Both the position numbers and the translations under genes were made by a program. This document shows, piece by piece, positions 14,601 to 29,600 of a DNA stretch of 64,000 bases. The notes under the pieces are model-generated. The model ran no database searches. It was given only the letters and a program-made list of their open reading frames with translations, and was not told the DNA's origin. The stretch's first letter is position 1, and every line of letters starts with the position of its first letter. Origin of the DNA: Tubiluchus corallicola (Eukaryota; Animalia; Priapulida); the NCBI GenBank assembly GCA_030141605.1, contig JAQGDQ010000107.1, forward strand, positions 62,001-126,000. The letters run 5' to 3'.

Positions 14601-17600
14601 TTTGGCAGGTGGCAGCATAGAAATGTGCGATATCTCTAAATTATTACCTTGCTGGCTGGCAATAGGACAATGCGTAATACGTGTGTCATGGCATTATTTC
14701 TCTGGTCATTGACATCAGGGAAGTGAGAGACATATATAGGAGGTCGGAACAACAAAAAATGTACTACATGTGCCTCGGTATTATTTCCTTGGTGATTGGT
14801 AGTAAGACAATGCATGATACATGCACCTTAGCATTATTTCTCTGGTGGTTGGGAGCAGGAAAGGCAATATTTGTCTGGTGATTGGTGGCAGCGAAATGTA
14901 CGATACATGTCTTCGCATTATTTCTCTGACAGCTGGAAGCAAGCAAATGTATGATATGCACATTTTGTCCTTGGTGGCTAGCAGAAGATTGATTGTGCAA
15001 ATGCGAGAAAAGTAGCGATGACCTACCTTACTCAACAGGTTAAAACTAACTAAAAAGGCCTAATATAATCCCGGTTATAGCAGTTAAATGCTTCACTCAT
15101 CCAGCTGTTATAAAGTCAGCCAGTAGAGCGGTGAAGTACATTAGTTCCGCGTACGGCAAGTCGTATGGCCAGAACTGAACGGTCATAATGCAAACGTGAA
15201 ATACTGGAAGCAACTAATAAAAGGTTATATATCATCTAGAAGATAGTTAGTTTTAAAAGCATACAATCTGCTATTGTTACCTGTGCATTCCTGTAAAACT
15301 TGCAGCCAATGTTTGAAACATCACATTGCATTGAACAACATTCACAACAACATTTACCGAACATTTACCCATAAACCAATACACACAAACAAGAAAAGTG
15401 AACTTACATTCTGTTTTAAATGTGAAATACTCTGTGAGGTGTCTACACTCATGGTTTCCCCTTAGCAGGAATAATGTGGTAGGGTAAAGCAGTTTCAGCG
15501 CCCATAGATAAACTACACACTGAAATGAAAAATAACTTTGTCTGTCACAAAATATTTTTTCATAGTACGAAAAAAGTGAACATTGTAAGATTTCAGCCAA
15601 CCTACTTAAGCAGAATTTGTATAGCCTACTCAGTTTATATATACAATTTAAATGTTTAACAAATGTACAATGCCCAATGTTACATTCAGGTAACATCTAG
15701 AGTAGCACATAGTTCCAAGACCCTATGCTGAAGTTAAATGCTTGCAGCAGTTCAGTTGAATATGCATCATGTTCATCAGTAGAGTTTAAACATTCAAACT
15801 TCGTATAACTTCATTCAAAAGAATTTTGTTTTTATTCAATATATTCAACCTGTACTAGAGCTTGTTGGAACACAGCGTGTGCGACAATTGATTTTGTGAT
15901 CTTATTTCAATGGTCATTATTTGCATAATTAAAGTTTTTTAGAGGTACTATAACAAAAGCCAGATAACAGACACTCCAGTATAAAAATTTACAGGAGTCA
16001 GAACAGTATACCGGACCAGGCTGTCTGAAAGTTCATCAATCAATCTGAATACTAAATTTTATTACAATGAATGTTTATACACTAAACAAAATGTTGACAC
16101 AAAGCATGTGTTCAATGTATGTGTACTCCATGGGCGAAAAGTGCACTGTGCCTTGTGCACTGAACTGCGAACTGAATAACCAAACTGATATATTTACCAA
16201 AATGTGGTAGTAATTTTAAAAATTACGAAATGGTTAAAAGAAAAATATTTCACTGAAAAAATATAACTTTACATAATGCTGCTAGTTTGCAAGCCATACT
16301 AAACAATAATTAAGTACATAGTATAAAGTTAGAAAATTATGCTTCAAGGTACAAATCGTTCATAATATATGTAGCTTAAGACTTAGGTGGACCCATCTAC
16401 TATATTCGAAGAGTATCCTATTGTAAAGGAAGGAAATCACTTAATGTAAATGATATTTACCTGATGCACTGGTTAGCACAGCAATCAAGGTATGTTGTTT
16501 GACTATCTTTAAAGAGTCGGACGTATTCGTAAGGGGCCAAAGCAAATGCGATGTGGGGATTACTTAGCTGTTATTTAAACGGTTTGGATCACTTTTTATA
16601 TGCCCTACCATTTTAACTAGTGCTGTTCTAAACTTTGTATCCTTAACTGAAGATAAAATTCATCAGCTAAAGAATATTCCACAATTATGCTTCAAAACCA
16701 TTTTCAAGTTATGGCATGTAAGATACTTGGATTGACTGTTCTATGTATGTGAGATTTTCAGTTTTCTTATAACACTACTAAAATTTACTAGTTTTGTATT
16801 GTGCATGGATAAACACAAATAAATAAAACAATATTGAAAAGATGTAAAACTTTATTTGCTTGAAATTTTTACTTTCATTTGATATGTGAAACTAAGTATC
16901 AGGGAGTTGTTTTACATTTTGATCTAGCAGAAACATTACAATGGGTCCACCACTGCTAATAATTTAGATGAATAATCACAATCATTAGGAGTTCAGACAA
17001 TAAAATGAACAATGAGAACTTGAGAAAACTACCTGGCAGAAAAATAACTGTATACCGATGACATGGAGACATTTTAAAGCAATTTAAATGTTTTTAAATT
17101 CTGAATAAAACTGTCCCAGTGTTAGTATTGTAACTATCTGCGAATGTAAGAAACTCCGCGTGTGTTTGACAACGAGTACTCAAGTACCACTTACATTATC
17201 CTCAATGAAAATTGCATCAACGATGCAATGTTAATAAAGAATTTGATACAATGAGGCTGTCACTTCAAACATTAAGAATTACCCAACAAACAAACTGACA
17301 CAGGAAAGAATAAAACCGATACATGCGCTTAAAAAAGAAATTTCAAATTACATCCTACTTTGATGTAAATATTAGAGCGCTGAAAATATATGATGTTTAT
17401 ATTAAAGTGCCTTTACATGTCTAACTCAAGCTTAGAAACAGACAATTCTACTTCTGAGATAATTTCACAGCAGGACAGTGATTATTACAGTAAACAGCAA
17501 ATTACATATGGTATCACCATTATCTAACGTAAGGTGGAATAATTTTATTTTGAAAACTGCATGCATGTTTTTTAAATAAATATGCTTTTTTAAATCTTTT

Positions 17601-20600
17601 AAAACCAAAAGTTATTTTAACTAAATTTAACAAAATTAGATGCCAATATGAACAATTCTTCAGTGGTTATGTAGGCTTATTGCACTTTAGTCATGTGATT
17701 TTACACATTTTTTGTAGCTTGTCGCAATAAGGGAAAATGTTTAGAGATGTTGCTTACTAAAACATTTATTAAGTTTTATTCATAATAATTTAATTGGCAA
17801 GAGGTGGAAAAATTACACTAAGTAATTTGCATTTTGCTCTAATTTGAAGTGGCTGAATTTTGAAGAATGCTTAATCAGTGATTCAAGTGCTGACAGCTGT
17901 GAAGGTTCGGGGTGTCTGACTCGATAGTCCACATGCTTTTTACAACCCTTCATCTAAATACTACTTTCATAACTAAATGATACTGTTGGTGGTTAGACCT
18001 TTTGTTTCATTCTTACTTTAATATTTATCTGATATTTCTTATCATACTCAGAAATTTGGCCTCATTTGTCTTATATTTCTTAGTGTAAAGCTCAAGATTT
18101 GCATTATGCAGCTTTTCTGTCACATCTGGCACTGGAATAAATAAATTATTTTGTAATGACTAACACACGTTCAATTAACACATGTATATAATTCATTAAG
18201 CATCACTTTCTCATACATACCTCTATACTAAAATATCCCCTATCAACATAATCACCAAGAAAAAGATACCGCGTCGATGAGGGTGGACCACCCACTTCAA
18301 ACAGTTTCATAAGGTCATAGAACTGACCGTGAATATCACCACAAACTGAAAAAGAAGAAAAAGGTCAGTAAAAAGCATGCAATCAAAATGTCTCAGAATA
18401 GTACCCATAGCTAACACATCAAAAAATTGGCAACAATTTAACTAACGCTTATATAAAATAGGCCTAAAAATTTAATTAAATTCAACTTTGTTTACTTTGT
18501 TAATTAATAATGTACGCAGAAATGAAAAGACAAGAAACCGTAATGACCCTTGAGTCAAACTAACTTTAATTCTGGCGACGTTAGTTTGCATGAAATAACA
18601 AACAGTGATCAATACAATGGCTGAAAAGGCAAAAACGTAAGAAAAACGTAAGAAACAATATTAGCCTATTACCATCTTGAAAACTTTTATATACAAATAC
18701 AAAAATGGTGATTATTGAAAGAAAACAATGCAAAAATTTAGGATAAACTAAATAAGAAACAATAGGTGAATTAATATGTTAGGATAAAAATAAATAAGAA
18801 GCAATAGGTGAATTAATATGTTCATAGTATATCTCTTCAGGTAGTCATCATACCTTAAAAACAATCAGACTACTTTAAAATATATTGGGCATTCAGAGCT
18901 CGGTAATGGAGAAAACATTGCCTATAATTATATTTGAAGGAATTTGCTAAATGTGAAAATTGTGTTATACATGTAAAATAAATATTACTATTTTGTGGAA
19001 AGTTACTGTTCTGAGCCTGTGCAAGCAAAATATATATGGCAATTCACGGTTTATTGAGCTTTATGCTTTTGATACTTCAATACACATTTAATGTCATAAT
19101 AGAAACCTTTAGGATATTTGGCATAACAACATAACGCACTGCTGTCAAATTCCAAATCATCAGCAATTTCGACAAACAATAAACGACCTCAATGTTATCA
19201 ATATGATATATACAAATATTACAATAATCAGCAAGAGCGTATAGTGTCTACAGACTGCGCTCTCAATGTTTGATCATTCCCAGCAAGTTATACAATTACC
19301 AAGCAATTCAATAACCGTGTACGTGCAATTGCCTCAATCCATATCTTCGTTAATGAGTGCAAGCAGCATCCGCATGACAGCGCGGATGCGAATAAAAACA
19401 GTGTTTTTTTAGATTTGCTTGCATAAACACGGGGAAAAACGCTGAAGCTGCTGTAGGGCAGCCAACAACTAACAGGGCAACATGGACAATCGATTACACA
19501 GCAACCACCTAAATGAATTAACATGAAAGGAGGCAGCTTGTATGGAGCTCAATATAAAACTATATCTATTAAACAAAACGAAAAGTGTCACGTTTGTTTT
19601 CATCAAGCCATTGAAATCGAAATATTATAACGACATATTTTCTCCTAAGGTCATTTGTTGAACACTCTTCATGTTTTTAGGATTACATAGACCCGGTGGT
19701 AAACAGTTGATACACGCTGCTAGCTAGGGAGATAGAGATCGGTTAAATAATAAAAAAATGAAAATTCATACCAGATTAATAGTATGTACGGACCCTTATC
19801 ATGAGCTTAGGCCAAGATGGATAACATAAATTTAGATATATCATGATTATTTATCTACAGATTCAATAAGGATTGTGTCTATAGTCTACACAGGTTGTAG
19901 ACCTGCCACAAGAGGTTGTACTTTGCGAGTACAATGAAACAGTACAGTTGAATTACAGGTATTCTATACGAAAATCCTGAAACCCACAAGTGGACATTTG
20001 AAAAAACTCTTCCCAAGCTACTGAAGATTCCAAGATGGAAAACTGAAGATTGCACAATGAAAAAGACAATTTTAATCCAGGGTGCAAACAAACAAACCTA
20101 CAGGAAATGAAGACATGTGCAGGGAGATTCTAGCCTGGATCTGGTATAGTACACGAACACACTGTCCAGTATTACAGGAGCTGGGAAAGCAAATATTGAT
20201 CCAAGACTCTTATTACAGCAGGCGCAGGCTTCATTCTCTTGACTATACGCCATAGAACATGGCTTCATGTAGAATTATCACTGAGCCAGGGAGCAGAAGC
20301 ACAGCGCGAGTTTGTTCTGCCGACAATGGCCATTATTCAATTTCAAGGTGCATTTCTATCCCACGCTCCTCTGCGCTTTAGAGTGGAAGAGTAACTGTGT
20401 TTATTTCTGGCCATTATTCGTTAACAATCAGTTTCACTAACAGTCATTGGCATAAAAGGCTTTATATTATTTCGTCATAAAATGAAACAATATAAATTTA
20501 TTTATGCTGAAGGCGATACAATAATTACAATAACTAACAACTGTTTGCTGACTTGTCATTTAGTCCATACACGCCGTTAGTTATGTGTTTCATAATAAAG

Positions 20601-23600
20601 CTTTGGAAGTACGATTTTTATGTATTAACTTTACAAGAAAACATTCACACACCAGAAGAACGATGAAATTATCACATAATCTCAATGTTTTTGCATCTGT
20701 AATGCACCGATATTGGTGTTTAAGTGAGTAACGGTTATCTAATATAATATAATTTAATTACTATAATTTACCAAAACTATGCTATATTTTTCGAATGAAC
20801 GAGTTAATGAAATAAAATGAATTAAAATCTAATTTCCAGGAGATTCTGCATAAGTTAATTGCGACTGATTATACATGTGCTGTCACTACTAATACAGTGA
20901 TAAGTGAAATAATGATTAACATCTAAAAAAGTTATTAATTGTGGTAAATGCTAGGGCCGGCCACAAAAAAATTGTGAAAAAATCTCTTTCAAACAAAATT
21001 TTTTTATTAAAGCTTTGTGAATGTTTAAAGCTGAGTCGTGGAATATTTAAAATCAGTTGAAATCAAAGTTTGTTTATTTCCCACTCGTTAGCAGTAATGT
21101 TTTAAATTTTTCAATGCACAATTTTTCATGCCTTGCTTTTTAGTTTCGCAATACTAAATTATCATACAATTATCGATTATTGTATAGTCTCTTTTTTGTA
21201 TCATGAACGTGTATGTTCTGTTAATTATGGTATAAGTGGCAACACTACTTTAATCACATATTTGTATTGTGTATGGAGATTTAGAGGTAAACAAATAATT
21301 GCAAAAGCAATGTTTTTTGTGGACATAAGGTGGTGGTGCTAATTACAAACATAACTTTGCCCAAAGGAATAGCATCACAAAGGTTTAATTGTAATTTGCG
21401 ATTATGAATTTTATATATGTAATGTAACTGTAAATCTGTATAATCAATCATATTTAATTATACTGTACGTAATCGACACCTTAGCACGTGTCTCACGCTC
21501 AGACTCTGTCATAATGGTAATAAGAAGAGCTCTAATAACAAAGGTGAAGCAAGGTGACACTTGTACCTTGCTTGGCTTGTGGATAATATAGTAAGCGTTT
21601 ACTGGGAAATTACTGCTTACCTGTAACTGGAGCTTCTACATCTATCATTGTTTTTTCAGCTCGTAATAATGCGGCACCATCATTTATAATTTTAAGAGCT
21701 ACTGCTTCCTCTACTCGACCCTCTAAAATAAAGTGTTGCTTCATAACTTCCATGCGAGGCTTCCCTTTTGCGTCGAACACCTCTGACATTGTGAGCCGAT
21801 GTGATGGTGGGAAAGGCACACCTAAAAAGAAAAGCATCATATAGGCTCATAGTATACTTACTAATGTACTACTTTACAAAATACAAAATACAAGGAGAAA
21901 AATGTGCAATTCAGGCATAATGACTGGACAATCGTAAAAAGTGGGTTTCTCCAATCAAGCAATGTAAAACTATACGATTTTTATGTACCATTAGCCCACA
22001 ATATCACTTATGCTGGACTAATTTTAAGTCTAATAAACCAGAAATTCACTGATTAATCTCTAAACTCTGCACAGTCGACATGAGAACATAAAGTAGACCT
22101 AGAGAGCAATACTATTTAATTTCTGGGTGATTTCAAAACATCGCTGATCTTACTTTCGTATGATGTATTAAGAGCTTTCCCATGAACAAGTCCAATACAC
22201 AAATAGCTTTTGCTGTTTCGCATCGCCTGCTCTGCTCTTGAAATTGCCCAAATTTTTTGCAAACTATCTGCAGTCTTAATACAAAACAGAACTTTTTCAG
22301 CTAATCCCTGATAACTGGGGAATACTCTTTTCTAGGATTATTGCAGTTGCGCAAGTGTGAAGATTTTGGAACGCTAATTATGCGTAAGAAAAAGAAGATC
22401 CTATCTTGAATGCGATGTGACAAAACAGGTCAAAGTGCACTGCAGTACGCTGCAATAAGCTATTAAGCGATGTTTGCAGAACACTAGCAACAATTTTGTA
22501 AATCACTGTTTTATCTAATGTTTTGATAAGAGTAAATGAGAGTGGAGTTCAAATACACATGCAGTCTTGTTCAGCCAGAACTGCACGTATTAACGGGAAA
22601 CCTGGCAAGTGATTTATAAAGAAAGCTTGTAACCGTATTTTTAATTTAGACGTGAACTTTGGTTATTGGAACGAACGTGCACAAGTTACGAGTATTACAT
22701 GCCAGCAATCGTAATTTTGCCTTTATAAATGCCAAACATAGGTTGGTGCATAGTTTTTCTTAATTTATCCAAGCTAAGCAATTTTTAGCTAACGTTAGCG
22801 TTCATCGAGGAAAAATGTATACATGATATGCATGTATACAAAACATGACTAATACACCTAACTGTTGATATTACTAGCTACTGGTTCTTCCACAACTACA
22901 AAATTAGAAGCATTATGATGAGCGCAGGATACCAGAATGCAGGGTCAACTAGAGTCAGACACGTGTTTCATTATTACTGGTGAAAAAAATGATAATTCAC
23001 CCGATAAATCACTAGCAGATATAATTAGATTGTTGAATTTTTCACATTTCCAGTATTTCGGGTGCCTTGATTTAATAAATAAATATTTACAAAATTATGG
23101 GGCTTGTGCACTGGATCATTGGAACGATTGCATTAGAATTAGGCGCATAAATGTTTAATTTTGGACATGCCTCCAACCTTATACATCTGGTGATGGCCTC
23201 AAAGACCCCTGCTATTTATGTACAGCATAATGGTCACACAGACAACAGTTCTCTTCGAGCCAATAACAATAAGCTGAAACTACAGTAGTGATTTATTGAT
23301 AACAGGTAGCGTTCGGCACAGAGCAGCATCATATTGATCCATCACGCACATGCACGCAAAAGATGTGGGAGGACGGAAATAAGCAGTCAAGATGTGGGGC
23401 AGCGATTATGGCTTCTCTATTGCACTGAACGCTCGCACCCTGAACTGGGCTTCACTTTGCTTGTTACCTACGATTTCTGAAAATACCCAAATCCAGATAT
23501 AGTAATATTTAATTAATTAGTGGCAGTGTGGTGCATAGCAGTAGGTCCTTGAAATTATCTATAAATATGCTGACGAATGTCTTACGCAATAGAAGCAACA

Positions 23601-26600
23601 GCTGTTAACATTATCTTACATGCACTGCTTAACAAAATTAGGGTGATTATGCACAATTAATTCTACGACGCTTAAACAGACTTTGAATGACGCACGTGTT
23701 TACGCAAAACATTTGTGCAGTCCTTCACTAGTCCTTTTCAATTAAATTACCTTAGATGGTAGGGCAAACCTACCAGTAAGGTTCTATGTGAATTTGGAGA
23801 CACTCATGACATTCTACACCTATCAAAACATGCAAATATACAATGAAAAAGTTCTCGAAAAGAAAAGCTGAAGCTGAACTGTGTGGCGTCATAAGTCAAA
23901 ATGAATGTTTTATGGACTACTAGCGTGGTAGATAAAAGTGGCGTTTGATGGAGAATGTCCAAAGAATACCTTCTAATATATCACGCATGTAAATTCTTCC
24001 AATAAACGGTTGAACTGGGTTTAATCTGTAGGGCTTCTATAAGTCACTATATATTTTGATTTTTTGTCCAATCTTGGTAAGCTCTTACTCGAATCAAAAA
24101 GGGTCTAGGGCAATTTTTATTGAGTTTTTGACCGGAACTCCGTTGCTATGGCGACGACAGTAGCGTTAGAAATGACGTCAAAATTTCAGCGGAAATTTAG
24201 AGCACCACATCGGCAGTGCACTAAAAACAATGTAGTTTTTCAACAAGGTGCAGCCCTTCCTCACAACTCAGGGGCTGTGAGAGACTTCTTCAATGCAAGA
24301 TGCCCCACTTGCCACAGTAACGTTCTCTAAAACTCTTGAAGTCCTTGAAGAAGGTGGCTAAAATAGAAAAAACCTACTCGAGCAGTAGTCTTTTCAGATT
24401 ATCGTCTAATTTGCCTAAAAGAATTTCTCAAGGTTTCAGTTCATCAGTATGAATTACTTTCAAAGATTTTGCTTTGCTTATTGAAAAATACAGGAAATGT
24501 AAAGTGTTATAGTGATTTCTGAGACACCCTGTACAAAAAATATTGTGGAAAGTAAGCATTTGAATTAATATTATACTACCTGAAATCTTGCAATGAGACA
24601 AGCAAAACTGCACGAATTTGCTCTATATGAGACTCAGAAGTTAGTTGAAGGGTCGTTTTCCATGCTTAGTGTTATCACTAAGATTCACTACAAACATTTC
24701 ACTATTTAATAAATTTTATAGAGAACATATAGACAGTAGTCTGTACAGTATTAACTATGATCCTGGTGACAATGAGCGCGCTCTACCTGAAATGATTCGC
24801 TACATCGAGACTGCTACCCGCTATGAGTGCCAGAAAACTTAACATGTTCGTAAACGTTTAGTAAAACTTCAGCAAAAGCTAAATCATACAATTGAACTAA
24901 GTTCACTAGGCGCTTTCAGGGGCTGCTTCTATGTGGTGTCGACCAGTATTATATTGTACATTTTGCCTTTTAGTTTCGTAACTTTTTTATCATTCTGTTT
25001 ATCAACCTAACGAATTCTAGTTGGCAGACACTGGCATTTGAACAACACTATGTTCCACACTAGGGGTGAGCATCGAACGTTTGAGTGCGAACGAGTTTTT
25101 TAGTTCGAATTCGTTTCGAACCTAAAACAATAGATTCAAATAATTCAGCACTTCAACCACATGCGTTCTTTATCATTAAAATGTTTGAAACACCATGCAA
25201 TTAGCATAATTTAGCTGTGATTTCTGTGCACAATTTTTTAGACACATTATTAGTGGTTTTACTGTAGAACAAAGTCGAGTAATATGCATGATCTTTGTAA
25301 AACTAATTTTTACTGGTGGTTCGAAAACTGGTTCGAAAATCATTCAATCTCAATTTGAAATCGAAATAATGAAGTTCGGTTCAATTCGAATTAGAAAGTC
25401 ACAAATTCGATTCGATTCGATTCGAATTCGCTTTCTGGTAGAGAATGCTCACCCCTATTCCAACACTACATTTACCCATTTTTAGCAACTATAATTATGG
25501 ACTTTCTGCTTCCATTATTTGTTAATCACCTCCGCCAACTTTCGAAAAAAATTTCTTTGTGTAACAAGGTGTTTTTTGAAATAAAAGAGGCAATCACGCT
25601 AACACGACCACAAGACCAGCCTTATTGCATTATTCAGACAGTGAATAAAATGCAAGGCAAACAAAAATACAGTTCCTTGACACACGGAAAGCTTTCCGAG
25701 TCTCATGCGCAGTTATGAGGAAGCTGTGATCAGTTCCAAATATAGTTTCTCCAGCAGCTGGAATATGAAGCCATGCATTACAGAACTGTGTCTTTTCGCG
25801 CCAATTACTGGGTCAGTTGGGCTTCCCTTTCCAAGTGCTAAACTTAGGTGCTTTAAACTATAAAGCCTAGAACCCGCTCTTGACCGCAAAAGAAAACAAA
25901 CAAAGCTCCAAGATAAACTGCCAATACAATACCGACTGGACTACTTAAGTAGCATCTCCTACGAAAATACAGACTGGGCTTTTTTAAATTAATTATTTCG
26001 ACTTCTTTCAGAAACAGATTTACAAGCAGTATTTGATTTAGTACCATAAGCCTCTTAAGTTGTGGGACAACGTGGGACATCAGTCATCTTTCTGCAATCC
26101 ACACTCGTTCCCATTAAGAGATACCCGTATATATTCTACACTTTTTTTACCCTTTCAGTTTCAGTCTTCAGATGAAAAATATTAGCATTCTGTAAGTGGG
26201 CCATTCTCCACAGAACGTACAATTTTTGTCCCAGGATAATTTTTTTAAATAACAAAGTTTCTGGTGCAATACTGTCTCATGACTGGTAGACACCAAAGAA
26301 ACTTATTCCAGTTGTATTTGTTGCCAGAAAAGTGATTTGGACATTTCTATTGAAGCTGAAATCAGTTCCTGTGAAAGTTTTTCCTATGTCCCCAGTGCCC
26401 ATTTTCAACTTTTCTAGATAGATTTGGCAGAAAGTATCCGTTTAAAAACTAATTTGCAGTATTTTATTCTAAACAGCACACTAAAGGTGAAACTCCTCTT
26501 CCCAAATACTTTCAGAACTAGCAAATATTTGTGTTGTTTAATTTCACGTGTGTCTCCAAGTTCAACGACATTCCTGTTACTTTGGTGGAAAAGCTGAGGC

Positions 26601-29600
26601 ATGTACCACTGATTGACTCTATTGTTTTAAATATTTGTTAGTAGAGAGCACCACCTATTGTGATTTGGCAAACTTTTTAACGGTGGCTTCTCCAATATTT
26701 TTTTAAGTTTTCTGACAAAAGTTTGGGTTCATTGTTTCTGGATATGTTAATTCATGATCATTACTGTTATATATCCCGTTATTAGAAAACAGAACATAAA
26801 ATGCTTATAATCATGCCTGGTTAATTTTAGTACTTTACTGTGTTGAATCTAATTATTTGGAAAGGGTGAAGTAGGATAGTTAGCCCGTGTGAGCAGGTTT
26901 TTTTCCTTGACAGTCATTCCTGTTACTGTCACTCCTGTTATAATCGTTCAAGTTACAGGAGTGACAACAAAGTAACAGCAATGACACGTAAGAAGATATC
27001 TTGATATTTCAGAGTAGTATTGTGTAGTAGCAGAGAGACCATCTGGCTTATAGAAAGGAAACTAGCACAACATGAAGTTTCTGCTTTTCACAGTTTAAAC
27101 AATGGCATGGGTAGATTAGCCAATAGATGTACCTGTAGAAGACAAAGGCATTTATAATTTAATATTTTCTTATGGCGTTCCATTAGCAGCTGCGATAATG
27201 TACGTGCAGTTTGAGTTTCAACAAGATTACTGTTCCTGTGATTTTTCTTAAAACAAATCTGTTTTTGGCCAAATCTGTTCTGACCTATTTCATAAACAAT
27301 CCATTATATAATGAATATTAGTAAATTTACATTAGAGAAATCCAACGTTTCCAGCTAGGAACATCACTAAAGAAACACGTAGTTGAATCTGCCTTAATTG
27401 TAAAAACTTAGCTTTAAATAAAAATCACACACGCATGCACGCACACACATGCACGCGCGCACACGCACACACACATATATAATATATATATTAAAGAATT
27501 ATCATTCTATATTATATTAATGATAGATTACATTTTCTGTTTTTCTCCTCTATGATTATTGTTTTCATAGATACCCTTAGTTTTGCTATAATGCTTTTGT
27601 TTTGTTTCGAATTTTAATGCCTCATAATATACTCCTGACAAAGATTGCTAGAGCATAGCAGAAACGACGGATTTTCAAATTAAAATTTATTATATAGTGA
27701 GTTTTTTATGGATATTGTTCTTTTTATAAAAAATTTAAAAGCTGTATTTTTTCTGTTCTTGTCAAACAGTTACGAAGATTTAATAAAACACTTGTTGTTG
27801 CTTATATAGTGTGTATATGTGTCATTCTTGTTGTACTGTTACCTCACTAGTCATTGCTGTTACCTTGTCATTCCTGTTATTGCCCAAAATTTCTCTATAG
27901 TTCTGAAACAGAATCTTCTTCTGAGCAATGAAGTGTCACATCTCATTTATTTTTATTACCATTACATTTCTACAATGTGATATGTTTTCGTCCTTCCTCG
28001 TAAATGAGCTACGTCCATTCAAGATGCATGACAGATGCAAACACTGCCTAACAAACGTGAAAACCAGTTCAACTTATAAAAAGGTTGCATTTGTACAAAA
28101 ATATGACCAGATTTTTATAGCAAGGGACAAAAATATATTTTATGAGACCATTCGTTTATGACACTGCTTGATGTTTATAGGTTGTATTGCACACCTCTTG
28201 TCTGTAACAGTAATGACAAAAGTAATTATTCGGATAACTTTAAAATGGTTATAGTAAATTTTTACAAGTGTTTTAATTTAAGCTCTGACAGTATCCTTTT
28301 TGTATACAAGGGAACCTTATTAATAACAGGGCAGAGTAGTTTTAAGAACATCTTTCCAGTCCTTTGGCAGATTTTTTTCACATCTGTTTTGCACGTTCGG
28401 TAGAGAATAGACATAAAATAAATTTCTGGAAAGTTCTGGATATGATATCCTCAAACAGTCTACTATGAAACTATAACTGCAGTAAAATGCAAAATGATGG
28501 TAAGGAAACTTGTGCTGTCAGAATACAGACGTATGCATATGATGGTAAATTCGTAAAGATTATCATTTTAATCTCAAAACAAAACATACATAACTTGCAG
28601 GAAAATAAAAAAATATAATTTGCACTTTTTTGCATTTTATAATATTAAACTCAAACTAAATTAAAAAATCAAGAAGATTCTGCTATAAGCAGAATCTTAA
28701 CTAAAGTAACTTAAGTAAAGGGACATAGTTGCCATGACGAGGTCGATATATTCTGAGACAATTTCAAAGATGTATATTCTCCAATGACACTTAAAATGAT
28801 ACTAAATTTCTAATTTGGCCAGAATTCTAATTTGAATTTTTAATAGAAGAAACTTTAAACGTGTCCGAGTTACAATGCGTGTGGATTTAAAAACTTAAAA
28901 CTTCAAACAAAGATCTAAATTCAGATACAGGTATACTTGAAGGCTTTGAAAAACCACAGACTACCATCATATCCTGCGGGTTTACGTACATGGAGGCTGT
29001 CACAAAAATATGTTTTCTGCATAACATATGTTAGTGATTGTTGTTATCTGATGCTTATAATGAATCATAATTCACTTAGTTGTCACTCGATCACGTACAC
29101 TTGAGCGATAGTTACAGAACTTTGCTATACACAAATCTTCAAGAAAGCTGTGCCAACTGACCCCAAAATTTACAGTATGTATACGAGGTTGAACCATGCC
29201 CTACAGTTGTAAGACGTTTCAACTTTTTAGATTACTCGGGAGCGAGCGAAAGTGGTAACAGACTGACAGACAAAGAGACAGATAGATGTTTAGGACCGAA
29301 ACTTCTGTAGTCGGCTCCGCGCTTGAAAGATGCCCTTCCACTGCGCGAGGTGATATCCTTCAATGTTACTTGACGGTTAATTACGTAAAAAAATGGCCAG
29401 ATACTGATAAACGTACAGATACATATAGACGTATAGAAAGTATAGACATCTAGAGACGCATGACGTACAGATACAAACAAACATATATGACCAATAAACC
29501 TATAGTCGCGGTACGCAGCTTATTATAGCGATAAAAATATTCTTATTATACCGTATAATTGTTATGCGTCAAAAGTTCAAAACTACACCGATTGATTGAA

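Noticed and set aside
13707-14985. CRISPR array or repeat-protein gene
   Set aside because: Whole units are homologous (no unique spacers), there are no cas genes, the context is a eukaryotic intron, and the 53-bp period is not a multiple of 3 so the ORFs are short and frame-shifting.
27330-27690. Penelope 3' end with hammerhead ribozyme (ctgacaaag...tgcta-gagca-tagca-gaaac)
   Set aside because: The catalytic core reads CUGACAA rather than CUGANGA, stems I and III could not be established, and the GIY-YIG resemblance (KHVVESALI) is too short to call.
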